Shown: piece after piece, positions 12,439 to 24,871 of the stretch
How the letters are laid out: the number at the start of each line of letters is the position of its first letter
Position numbering within the stretch: the first letter of the stretch is position 1
NCBI GenBank assembly: GCA_964016885.1
Contig: CAXHJY010001099.1
Span: 1 to 36,243, forward strand
Direction: 5' to 3'
DNA from: Eledone cirrhosa
Taxonomy: Eukaryota
Length of the DNA stretch: 36,243 nucleotides
Program-made: the position numbers and the translations under genes
Notes under the pieces: model-generated
The model's input: only the letters and a program-made list of their open reading frames with translations
Database searches by the model: none
Told to the model about the DNA's origin: nothing

Positions 12439-12440
<2 letters not shown>
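12209..12440 (+). mobile_element. Family A copy 2 (hammerhead core 12323-12350, stem II disrupted)
   Basis: ctgatgaagggctagcgtatgaaacgtt. Reverse-complement match to copies 1 and 3. Ends at (CA)n. Confidence 0.75.
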
Positions 12441-12491
<51 letters not shown>

Positions 12492-12926
12492 TAAGGCTAA
12501 AAAGTGAGTCTTATTGCACTGGAATTTCGTTACTATGTTTCTAAGGAAACATCCACCATATAATATGATTTTCAAATAATTAAAAAAATACTAAAGGACT
12601 TAGAGGCATTTAGTAATAATACAACTAATTTTCCCATTATACATACACTTCGTAAAATAATTAACAAGTCTTCCATTCCAGCGTTTCTATAGCAATCTGT
12701 TGTGTTAATGACGCTTTAACTCAGTTTTATTTCTAGCCATTTTCTTGAAAATTCGGCGCCATTTTTATTTGTTAGAAGAAAAACGGTAAACTACAAATTC
12801 CATTTTCAACACTGTTAATTTTATTAAAGAACATTTGAAATTCTTCAATTAGAGATTATCAACTCAGCAAAAATGCTCGACAGCGTTAGATGACAATTAT
12901 ATTAATGTGAATTTCCATACCAAATG

Positions 12927-12981
<55 letters not shown>

Positions 12982-13051
12982 AGGAGAGGAAATAATAAGC
13001 ATTTTAAAAAATTGAACAAAAACTAAACATCTAAAGGTATACATATATATG

Positions 13052-13090
<39 letters not shown>

Positions 13091-13130
13091 ACATAACAAA
13101 TCGTCCATTTTACCTTTTTATTATTATTAT

Positions 13131-13171
<41 letters not shown>

Positions 13172-13186
13172 CTGTGTGTGTGTGTG

Positions 13187-13520
13187 TAAAAGGTAACCAG
13201 AAATAACAACACAATCGGTACAGTATATGGAAGGGATATATTAGGTTAATACTTGATATAGCAGGAAGAGGGTCTTAACGTTTCGGACACTAGTCCTTCA
13301 TCAGAAGAAAGAATGAGAAATTAGAAAATTTGGAGGGACGGGCGGCGTGGAATTGGGAAAAATGTCTTTAGATAAAAATAACAGGTCCGTTCATGTTGAC
13401 ATCTCTTGGCAGAACCACGCGCTTGAGGCAGGTTTCTTCTCTGAAGACCTTCTGCTGTCCAGCTTTCCTGAGAGTTTCTTACCACAGTCTATATTTTCCT
13501 TGGTGTACACTTGCTTATAG
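13187..13520 (-). mobile_element. Family A copy 3, the longest (minimal hammerhead 13273-13308)
   Basis: Minus strand tctt CTGATGA a ggac tagt gtcc GAAA cgtt aaga, with an extra ~110-bp coding-like 5' extension. Confidence 0.75.
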
Positions 13521-13522
13521 TG

Positions 13523-13561
<39 letters not shown>

Positions 13562-13598
13562 GTATATATATATATATATATACATACAGTGTATATAT

Positions 13599-13651
13599 GA
13601 AAAGATTCAGGACCCCGACGGCTGACCTCCGGCCGTTTCGACAGCTAGATC

Positions 13652-13652
<1 letters not shown>
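13599..13652 (-). mobile_element. Solo family B1 arm (hammerhead 3' half)
   Basis: Reverse complement of 11853-11906 (ggatctagctgtcgaaacggccggag.tcagccgtcggggtcctga.tcttttc). Confidence 0.75.
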
Positions 13653-13719
<67 letters not shown>

Positions 13720-13787
13720 AGAGACACAGACACACACACACACAATTGATATTAAATAAATGGAAAGTATATTTATAAAACCATATT

Positions 13788-13849
13788 TATTCTATTATAT
13801 ATATTTCAAGGGTACCAAAAATTTTGGTACGCTATCATCAGATAAAATA
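13788..13849 (-). ncRNA. Type I hammerhead ribozyme (family E, copy 2)
   Basis: Minus strand: tattttat CTGATGA tagc gtaccaaa att tttggtac cctt GAAA tatata TA atagaata. 8-bp stem I (one U-G) and intact core. Confidence 0.8.
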
Positions 13850-13928
13850 CAAAATTTTTTATAAATATTTGACATGACCAAGGATGAGATACCTTAACGG
13901 TTCAAGTTATCCCTGGAAAGTTATCTCT

Positions 13929-13959
<31 letters not shown>

Positions 13960-14250
13960 TGAAAGGATAACAAGGACGATTTATTTATTGGTAGGTGACG
14001 TGCGTTTCGCCACTGATCAGCTCAAGGTTCGATCTGTATCGATCCTACCCGACTCAATAATCGGCGGCTCGACGGACCCTTTAAAATGCTACACCTCATC
14101 ACAGAAGTGAACCTAAACATCGAGTGCTCTCCCGGGTGAACCTGCAGTAACCCCAAGTTACACCCCCCGTATATATATATATATATATATATCAGATAGG
14201 GTGTGGTAAAAAACCAACCCACCACCAGAGTACTCGATATATGTATATAT

Positions 14251-14481
<231 letters not shown>

Positions 14482-14567
14482 CACACGTTATTCCGGGTTG
14501 AATCGGAGGTAACCACAGTAAGTAAGGTACTCAATACATTGCAGAGTATAAAAGTTTTAATATAGAT

Positions 14568-14620
14568 GAGATTCTACAGGACTAGAACTGTTTCATTCTT
14601 TAGAAATCATCAGGAATCTC
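14568..14620 (-). ncRNA. Type I hammerhead ribozyme (family C, minus arm)
   Basis: Exact reverse complement of 14622-14674. Confidence 0.8.
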
Positions 14621-14621
14621 A

Positions 14622-14674
14622 GAGATTCCTGATGATTTCTAAAGAATGAAACAGTTCTAGTCCTGTAGAATCTC
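14622..14674 (+). ncRNA. Type I hammerhead ribozyme (family C, plus arm)
   Basis: gagattc CTGATGA t ttc taaa gaa t GAAA cag ttctagtc ctg TA gaatctc. 7-bp stem I, GUA triplet, predicted cut after 14667. Confidence 0.8.
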
Positions 14675-14966
14675 ATCTATATATATATATATATATATCT
14701 TGGTCAGCCAATGAAATCTTCAGCCAACCCTCGAAAAATGTGTCGAACCCGGAACAACTTAGCAGAAAATTGGACCCATTAAGCTCACAGCACACCCATC
14801 TGTCCCTCTGGAATCATTATAGCGTGTTTTATATGCTAACTAAAACTGAAACCCATAGCTTTATTTTATTTTATTATATCATTATATTGTATTTTATTTC
14901 ATTTTAGTAAATCATTTTTTGTTTCTTTTCACACAAATTGGTCTCATTTTCCCGAATTAGAAATGG

Positions 14967-15460
14967 CGAGAGAGTTTGGTGGTGGCGGTGGGAGGAGGGG
15001 ATAGGAGGGAGGGAGGGAGGGAGGGAGGGTAGGAGGGAGATTGAGAGAGAGAGTGCGAGGGAGAGAGGTTAAGAGGGAGATTGAGATAGATAGAGAGAGC
15101 GAGAGGGATGGAGAGAGGTTAAGAGGGAGATTGAGATAGATAGAGAGAGCGAGAGGGATGGAGAGAGAGAGAGAGAGCGGGTTTGATGGTGGTGGGGGGG
15201 GGAGGGAGATTGAGAGAGAGAGCGCGGAGGAGAGAGGGAGAGAGGGTAGGAGGGAGATTAAGAGAGAGAGGGAAGGAGCGAGAGAGGGAAATAGCGAGGG
15301 TGAGAGGTAGAGAGAAAAGGAGAGAGAGAGGGAAATAGCGAGGGTGAGAGGTAGAGAGAAAAGGAGAGAGAGAGGGTGAGAGGGAAGGAAAGAAGGAAGG
15401 AGAGCAGGAGGGAGAGAGAGGTGAGAAGGCGAGAGGAAGAAAGAGAGAGAGAGAGATAGC
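14967..15460. repeat. Purine-rich (GA/GGA) low-complexity tract with small internal duplications
   Basis: Direct inspection. Confidence 0.85.
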
Positions 15461-15572
15461 AGATCGATAATACAGCGTTAACGAAGAAATATTGTAAAAG
15501 TATCTCAAAATATAAAGATAAGGTGAACAGGGAAAATTGTTTTAGTTCATGTAAGACAGGGATTGATGTAGG

Positions 15573-16022
15573 TGTGTATATATATGTATGTATATGTATA
15601 TATGTGTATATATATATATGTATATATATGTATATATATATATGTATATGTATATATATATGTATATATATATGTATATATATATGTATATATATGTATA
15701 TATATATGTATATTTATATATGTATATTTATATATGTATATATATATGTATGTATATGTATATATATATATATGTGTATATATATATGTGTATATATATA
15801 TGTGTGTATATATATATGTGTGTATATATATATATGTGTATATATATATGTATATGTATATATATAAATATGTATATATATAAATATGTATATGTATGTA
15901 TATGTATATATATGTATATGTATATATGTATATGTATATATATATGTATATATATATGTATATATATATGTATATATATATGTATATATATGTATATGTA
16001 TATATATATATGTATATATATG

Positions 16023-16097
<75 letters not shown>

Positions 16098-16112
16098 GTA
16101 TATATATATATT
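15573..16112. repeat. (TA)n/(TATG)n microsatellite
   Basis: Direct inspection. Confidence 0.95.
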
Positions 16113-16115
16113 TAT

Positions 16116-16293
16116 GAAAATGTTTGACCCCGACGGCAGAGCTCAAGCCATTTCGACAGCTATTTCAGGACGTCGAAACGGCTTGAGCTCTGCCGTCGGG
16201 GTTAAACATTTTCCTATTACCCACTCTACTACCCTAAGTATTGAGTACTCTGGTGCGTTATGGTCCATCTGGTTCCTTACCACAACTCCTTCG

Positions 16294-16296
<3 letters not shown>
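16116..16296 (+). mobile_element. Family B element, second fold-back copy
   Basis: 42-bp arms 16116-16157 and 16172-16213 with two mismatches. GAAA cggc..gccg TC gggg. Tail nearly identical to 12105-12187. Confidence 0.8.
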
Positions 16297-16336
<40 letters not shown>

Positions 16337-16360
16337 TAGGTAAATAGAGAAAGAGATTGG

Positions 16361-16421
<61 letters not shown>

Positions 16422-16645
16422 AAAGCAGCAAAAGCAAGGCAGGTTTAAATTAAAATAATTAGGTCCTCATCTGCTGTTTATCTATCATCCTTTCTAATTC
16501 TTCCCCCTCTCCTGCTTCCTCTTAGTCTTTCTCCCTTCACCCCTCTCTCTCTCTTTCTCTCTCTTCCTGCTTCCTCTTAGTCTTTCTTCTTTCACCTCTC
16601 TTTCCCCCTCTTTCTGCTTTCTTCTCCTCCATCTCATTCTTTTAG

Positions 16646-16693
<48 letters not shown>

Positions 16694-16700
16694 CACAGAT

Positions 16701-16753
<53 letters not shown>

Positions 16754-16760
16754 CACAGAT

Positions 16761-16803
<43 letters not shown>

Positions 16804-16880
16804 AATGAAAGGTATAGAAAACATTGTTGCAAAAAGCCAACAGTATTCCATAATATATGTATATATGTATATATATATGT

Positions 16881-16913
<33 letters not shown>

Positions 16914-16926
16914 CATATACATATAC

Positions 16927-16960
<34 letters not shown>

Positions 16961-16975
16961 ATACATATACATATA

Positions 16976-17017
<42 letters not shown>

Positions 17018-17053
17018 CATACATATATATATATATATATGTATATATACGTA

Positions 17054-17105
<52 letters not shown>

Positions 17106-17146
17106 TATGTGCATATATCCGTTTTTTTTCTGTTTACTTGTACTTT

Positions 17147-17898
17147 AACAAGAACAACAACAACAACAGCAACAGCAACAATAACATCAACAACACCAAC
17201 AATAAGACCACCATCAACAACAGCAACATCTCCAACAGCAACCACAACAACAACAACCACAACAACAACTACAATAGCAACAACATTAACATCAACAACA
17301 ACAACAGCAGCAACCACAACTACAACTACAGCAGCAATAACAACCACAACTACAACAACTACAGCAGCAACCACAACCACAACTACAACAACAACCACAA
17401 CAGCAACCACAACAACCACAACTACAACACACAACCACAACAGCAGCAACCACAACAACCACAACAGCAGCAACCACAACAACCACAACTACAACAACAA
17501 CCACAACAACCACAACAGCAACAACTACAATAGCAACAGCAACATCAACAATAACAACAACAACTACAATAGCAACAGCAACATCAACAATAACAACAAC
17601 AACAGCAATAACAACAACTACAATAGCAACAGCAACATCAACATCAACAACAACAACCACAACAACACCAACAACAACAGCAGCAGCAACAACAACAACA
17701 TCAACAACAACAACCACAACAACACCAACATCACCAACAACAACAGCTGCAACAGCAACAACCACAACAACACCAACAACAACAGCCGCAACTGCAACAA
17801 CAACAACTACAACAGCAACAGCAGCAACCACAACAACAACAACCACAACTACAACACCAACAACAACAGCCGCAGCAACAGCAGCAACAACAACAACA
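17147..17898. repeat. Degenerate (CAA/CAG/CAC)n trinucleotide tract
   Basis: Direct inspection. Open in several frames on both strands. Confidence 0.9.
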
Positions 17899-18189
17899 GG
17901 TAGTAGGTGCTTACAAGTAGTGATGCAACATTACACCAGTTGCACATATTACACAACAAACACACACAGATCCACAGCATGGCATTGCAGCATTCTACCT
18001 TCCACCTCTACTCCACTGCACTACCTCCTTCCTGTATTATTCATTTCGCTTCGTTCTTTGTTTGCTTCTTTCTTATTCGCTTTTGTTTTTCATTCAGCTT
18101 GGTCTCTCCTGTTTGCATTTTTACTCCGAGCGTTATACAAATCGAGATTTACATAGTTTTATATGCTTTATATACACACATATATATGT

Positions 18190-18228
<39 letters not shown>

Positions 18229-18246
18229 TGTGTGTATATATATTCA

Positions 18247-18285
<39 letters not shown>

Positions 18286-18338
18286 TATATATGTTTATAC
18301 ACACATGTATACATATATAAATATACATGTGGTATATA

Positions 18339-18397
<59 letters not shown>

Positions 18398-18510
18398 ATA
18401 TATTCATATATATATTATATATATATGTTTATACACACATGTATACATATATAAATATACATGTGGTATATAAACATATATATATTTATATATATATATA
18501 TACATATATA

Positions 18511-18543
<33 letters not shown>

Positions 18544-19246
18544 ATATAAATATATATATGTTTATACACACATGTATACATATATAAATATAGTTGTGGT
18601 ATATAAACATATATATATTATATATATTTATATATATATATGTATATATATATAAATATATATATATGTGTGTGTGTATTCATATATATTATATATATAT
18701 ATATATATATAAATATATATATGTATAACCATATATATATATAAATATATATATGGTTATACACACATGTATACATATATAAATATACAAGTGGTATATA
18801 AACATATATATATATATTTTTATATGTATATATATATATATATACACATACATGCATACTCACATGTGTATATTGTTTTTACATGCACATGTGTATTGTG
18901 TACATACGTGCATGTACAAACACACATACATATGTATATATATATATATATATATATATGAGTGTGTATATGTATATATCTGTACATATATATGAATATG
19001 TATGTATACACACATATTTGAGTGTGTATCTGTATATATATATATATGTATATATGTGTGTGTGTGTGTATATATATGTGTGTGTGTATATGTGTGTGTG
19101 TTCACCTTTTACAATGATAATGTGGGGGATATTTTGGTAGAACAAACCAAATGATTCTTGTTGTAAAGACATCAAGTTTTTCTATTTCTGGCTGGTTGTT
19201 GGTTGTATTAGAACGGATATGTATAAACATGTCTGTGTATACAAAC

Positions 19247-19252
<6 letters not shown>

Positions 19253-19288
<36 letters not shown>

Positions 19289-19388
19289 ATATTTGTGTAT
19301 ATGTGTATATGTATATATAGGTATATGTGTATATATATATAGGTATATGTGTATATATATATAGGTATATGTGTATATATATATATAG

Positions 19389-19421
<33 letters not shown>

Positions 19422-19824
19422 GGTATATGTGTATATGAATATATGTATATATGAATATGTATATTTGTATATATATATATGTATATATACATATGGATGA
19501 ATATATGTATATATATATATGGATGTATATATGTATATGTATATATGTATATGTATATATGTATATATATTTATATATATATATATGTATATGTATATAT
19601 GTATATATATTTATATATATATATATGAATATATGTGTATATATGTATATATATTTATATATATATATATGTATATATATGTATATGTATATATATATGT
19701 ATATATATATATGTATATATATATATGTATATATTTATATGTATATATGTATATATATGTATATATGTATATATATATATATGTATATATATTTATATAT
19801 ATATATATGTATATGTATATATGT

Positions 19825-19874
<50 letters not shown>

Positions 19875-20248
19875 GTATATATGTATATATATATGTATAT
19901 ATGTATATATATATGTATATATGTATATATGTATATATATATGTATATATGTATATATATATGTATATATGTATATATGTATATATATATGTATATATGT
20001 ATATATGTATATATATATGTATATATGTATATATATATGTATATATGTATATGTATATATATATGTATATATGTATATGTATATATATATGTATGTATAT
20101 GTATATATGTATATATATATGTATATATATGTGTATGTATATGTATATATATATATGTATAAATATATGTATGTATATGTATATATATATATATGTATAT
20201 ATATACATGTATATATATGTATATGTCTGTATATATATATGTTTATAC

Positions 20249-20285
<37 letters not shown>

Positions 20286-20360
20286 TGTATATGTCTGTAT
20301 ATATATATGTTTATATGTATATATATATGTATATGTCTGTATATATATATATATTTATAC

Positions 20361-20453
<93 letters not shown>
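19253..20453. repeat. (TA)n/(TATG)n tract ending in (GA)n
   Basis: Direct inspection. Confidence 0.95.
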
Positions 20454-20456
<3 letters not shown>

Positions 20457-20850
20457 CAATGCATTAAAGAGAGAGAGAGAAACAAAAAGACAGAGAGATT
20501 GGAGGGGACAGAGAGAGAAATTCTGAAGCCACCACAAGTTCTGGAATCTTGTGGAATCACCACTGCCCTAACCCCACAGTACTACAGTATTTACTCCCCT
20601 GCCCCCGTGGAGATGTCCCAACATGATGTCTTTAATCAGGGGGAAAAAAACAACAAAAAACAAATAACTAAAAACAAATAAACAATTAATATATATACAC
20701 CCATATAAATCTATATATAAATTTCTGCGATTCTGTTACAACATATAAAAAGAGAGAGTAGCAGTTTGACTACCTCATACGACTCCTCTCTCTCTAGATC
20801 TGCTGCCTGCGTCAATGTATGTGTGTGTGTTTGTGTGAATGTATGTGTGT

Positions 20851-21990
20851 GTAAAAGGAAGGAAGGGGATGGTGAAAAAAGGATATGCTGTGTGAGTGTG
20901 TGTGTGTGTGTTTGTGTGTGTGTAAAAGGAAGGAAGGGGATGGTGAAAAAAGGCTATGCTGTGTGAGTGTGTGTGTGTGTGTTTGTGTGTGTGTAAAAGG
21001 AAGGAAGGGGATGGTGAAAAAAGGCTATGCTGTGTGTGTGTTTGTGTGAATGTATGTGTGTGTGTAAAAGGAAGGAAGGGGATGGTGAAAAAAGGCTATG
21101 CTGTGTGAGTGTGTGTGTGTGTGTTTGTGTGTGTGTAAAAGGAAGGAAGGGGATGGTGAAAAAAGGCTATGCTGTGTGTGTGTTTGTGTGAATGTATGTG
21201 TGTGTGTAAAAGGAAGGAAGGGGATGGTGAAAAAAGGCTATGCTGTGTGAGTGTGTGTGTGTTTGTGTGTGTGTAAAAGGAAGGAAGGGGATGGTGAAAA
21301 AAGGCTATGCTGTGTGTTTGTGTGTGTGTGTGTTTGTGTGTGTGTAAAAGGAAGGAAGGGGATGGTGAAAAAAGGCTATGCTGTGTGAGTGTGTGTGTGT
21401 GTGTTTGTGTGTGTGTAAAAGGAAGGAAGGGGATGGTGAAAAAAGGCTATGCTGTGTGAGTGTGTGTGTGTGTGTGTTTGTGTGTGTGTAAAAGGAAGGA
21501 AGGGGGTGGTGAAAAAAGGCTATGCTGTGTGAGTGTGTGTGTGTGTGTGTTTGTGTGTGTGTAAAAGGAAGGAAGGGGATGGTGAAAAAAGGCTATGCTG
21601 TGTGAGTGTGTGTGTGTGTGTTTGTGTGTGTGTAAAAGGAAGGAAGGGGATGGTGAAAAAAGGCTATGCTTTGTGAATGTATGTGTGTGTGTTTGTGTGT
21701 GTGTAAAAGGAAGGAAGGGGATGGTGAAAAAAGGCTATACTGTGTGAGTGTGTGTGTGTGTGTGTTTGTGTGAATGTATGTGTATGTGTGAATAAATGTG
21801 TATGTAAAAGGAAGGAAGGGGATGGTGAAAAAAGGCTATGCTGTGTGAGTGTGTGTGTGTGTGTGTGAATGTATGTGTATGTGTGTGTAAAAGGAAGAAG
21901 GGGATGGTGAAAAAAGGCTATGCTGTGTGTGTGTTTGTGTGAATGTATGTGTGTGTGAATGTATGTGTGTGTAAAAGGAAGGAAGTGGAT
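20851..21990. repeat. ~71-bp minisatellite, 16 units: constant 38-bp purine-rich core plus a variable GT-rich spacer
   Basis: Core gtaaaaggaaggaaggggatggtgaaaaaaggctatgc at 20851, 20922, 20993, 21064, 21135, 21206 ... 21971 (last copy truncated). Confidence 0.95.
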
Positions 21991-22429
21991 CAATCTATAT
22001 ATAAATTTCTGCGTTTCTGTCACAACACGTAAAGAGAGAGGAGCAGTTTGACTACCTCATACTACTCCTCTCTGTTTAGATCTGCTGCCTGTGTGAATGT
22101 ATGTGTGCGTAAAAAGAAGGAAGGGGATGGTGAATAAAAAAGGAATACGCTGTGAGTGTATGTGTGTGTTTGTGTGTATGTATGTGTGTGTAAATATGTG
22201 TTTTTGTGTGAATAAATGTGTTTGTGTGAATGTATGTCTGTGAGTGTGTTTGTGTGAATGTATGTGTGCGTGTGCGTTTGTGTGAATATATGTGCGCGTT
22301 TGTGTCAATGTATGTGTGCATTTGTGTGTGTGTGCGTGTGTGAATGTATGTGTGTGTTTGTGTGATGTATGTGTGTGTGTTTGTGAGCATGTATTTTTGT
22401 GTGTCTGTGTTTGCTCGTTTATATTTATA

Positions 22430-23405
22430 TACTCATACATATGAATATATGCATATGCGCATACACACACAAACACACACATACACACAGACGTATACAC
22501 ATACATACGAACACACATATACACATACGCACACGAACACACACATATACACATACGAACACACATACACATACGCACAGATATATACACACAGGAACAC
22601 ATATACAAATACGAACACATACACACACGAACACATATATACATATGCATGCACACATGCACACACATATACACATAAACATGCACATACGAACACATAT
22701 ACACACACGAACCCACATATACACATACACACACGAACACACATATACCCATACGAGCACACATACACATACGAACACACACGAACACACACATATACAC
22801 ACAGGAACACACATATACAAATACGCACACATACACACACGAACACACGTATACACATGCACATGCGAACACACATATACACACACGAACACATATACAC
22901 ATACACACACGAATACACACATATACCCATACGAACACACATACACATACGAACAGATATATACACACATATACAAATACGCACACATACACACACGAAC
23001 ACATATACACTTATGCACGCACACATGCACACATACACACACGAACACGCATATACACATAAACATGCACATACGAACACACATATACACACACGAACAC
23101 ACATATACACATACACACACAAACACACATATACCCATACGAACACATACACATACGAACAGATATATACACACATATACAAATACGCACACATACACAC
23201 ACGAACACACATATACACATACACATACGAACACACATATACACATACGAACACACGTATACACATACGAACACACGTATACACATACGAACACACGTAT
23301 ACACATACGAACACACGTATACACATACACATACGAACACACATATACACATACGAACACACATATACACATACACACACGAACACACACGTATACACAT
23401 ACACA
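22430..23405. repeat. CA-rich degenerate satellite with recurring acgaacac
   Basis: Direct inspection. Confidence 0.85.
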
Positions 23406-23754
23406 TCAACGTATGGAAAAAAATGTTCTAGTAAAAATAAGTTCATTCTATGTCGTTCTACACTCTCCATCTTATTACTAATTCTACGCAGTCTGACTTC
23501 TTTTGATTTTTGTATTATTTTTGCTTCTTTTACAAATAATTTTCTTTCTAGTTTCTATGGTCTTCTGGTTTTCTGGTCGTCTGGTAAAGTTTATTATGTT
23601 TTTCTTACGTTTCATTTCATTTTCAATCTTATTTTCTCTTTGGTCTTTTATCTTTCATTTTATACTGTATTTTTAAAAGTATTCTTTCTCTATTTTTTTG
23701 TTGTTGATTGGTTGGTACTTTTTTCTTTCTTTTTTCTCTCTTCCCTCTCTCTCG

Positions 23755-24190
23755 TCTGCTTTTTCTTATCTTCAACAGATACGTTCGTTCATTTTCTTTT
23801 CCTCACCTCAATCCTTCTTTATCTCAGCTCAATCCTTCATTTTCTCATCATCATCTCATTCCTTCGTTCATTTTCTCTTCCCCATCTCATTCCTTCTTCT
23901 TTTTCTCATCTTCAGCTCATTCTTTCTTATTTTTCTCATCTTCAGCTCATACCTTCGTTCATTTTCTCACCTTCAGCGCATTCCTTCGTTCATTTTCTTA
24001 CCGTCAGCTCATTCCTTCTACTTTTTCTTATCCCCAGCTCATTACTTCGTTCATTTTCTCATCCTCATCTAAATCCTTCTTTTTCTTATCCTCAGCTCAT
24101 TCCTTCTCCTTTTTCTTCTCTTCATCTAAATCCTTCTCCCTTTTCTTGCCTTTATCTCTTTCCCTCTTCTTTTTCTTACCTTCCTCCCCT
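23755..24190. repeat. Pyrimidine-rich degenerate ~30-bp tandem repeat (ttttctcatcttcagctcattccttc..)
   Basis: Recurring cagctcattccttc and ttcgttcattttct motifs. Confidence 0.8.
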
Positions 24191-24419
24191 TCCTCCTATC
24201 TTATGTTTACCATTTCAATTCTACTTTATCTTTAATATTTATAACTATATTTAATTTCCAGTCATCAAACCTTTCTTGCTACACTTCAGCTTCTCAAACT
24301 GTCGCCTGTCTTTAAAAAAATTGTCGTCTGCAATAACCAAGTTATATCTTCTTAAAATGTTCTCATTATTTTCTCTTTTAATTTGAAATATCGTTTTGCT
24401 GTCTTCCATTCACACACAC

Positions 24420-24464
<45 letters not shown>

Positions 24465-24506
24465 TATATATTTCTTTTCTAAAAAAATGTCACAGTTGTG
24501 ATGATG

Positions 24507-24870
24507 ATAATAATAATAATAATAATAATAATAATGCTTTCTTTATTAACCACAAGGGTTTATATAAAGTAGACATTAAGGACAGTGCAGGACGGTACAA
24601 TTGGGCATTTCTGCGTGTAAAAAAAAACAACAGAAACAGAGGATGTAATAAAAAAAGAAAACAATGAAAAATTCCCCAATAGGGGAGGGGGGGGGGGAGA
24701 CTTCCGAGGGTCGCTCGTGGAGAAAGCCCACAAAAAAAAGCCATGGTTACCCTGACCGCTAGGTCAAGTACCCTCTTCCAGTTTTCCTCCCACTATGCTA
24801 CAACACACGCTCAGGGTAGGTCCATTCACAGGGACCATTCTTGCCTCTCTCACCCACCTTTCAACAAACT
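24507..24870 (-). mobile_element. L1/Tx1-type LINE 3' end
   Basis: Minus strand FVERWVREARMVPVNGPTLSV, then a 3' UTR ending cttgtggttAATAAAgaaagc(ATT)n. Clade assignment is by resemblance. Confidence 0.65.
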
Positions 24871-24871
24871 A

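Larger units (their letters stand above)
14485..14682 (-). mobile_element. Family C element: 61-bp-arm perfect palindrome plus 3' tail
   Basis: Arms 14560-14620 and 14622-14682. A unique tail at 14485-14559 follows the minus-strand hammerhead. (TA)n on both sides. Confidence 0.8.

Noticed and set aside
16634-17903. PolyQ/N/T protein ORFs
   Set aside because: A trinucleotide tract open in many frames and on both strands, starting in (TA)n, with no complex coding flanks or clear splice sites.
20851-21990. CRISPR-like 38-bp repeat with ~33-bp spacers
   Set aside because: Spacers are recurring low-complexity GT variants rather than unique sequences, and there is no leader or cas gene.
22057-24254. 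Long ORFs up to 636 aa
   Set aside because: Read-through of CA-rich and pyrimidine-rich low-complexity repeats.
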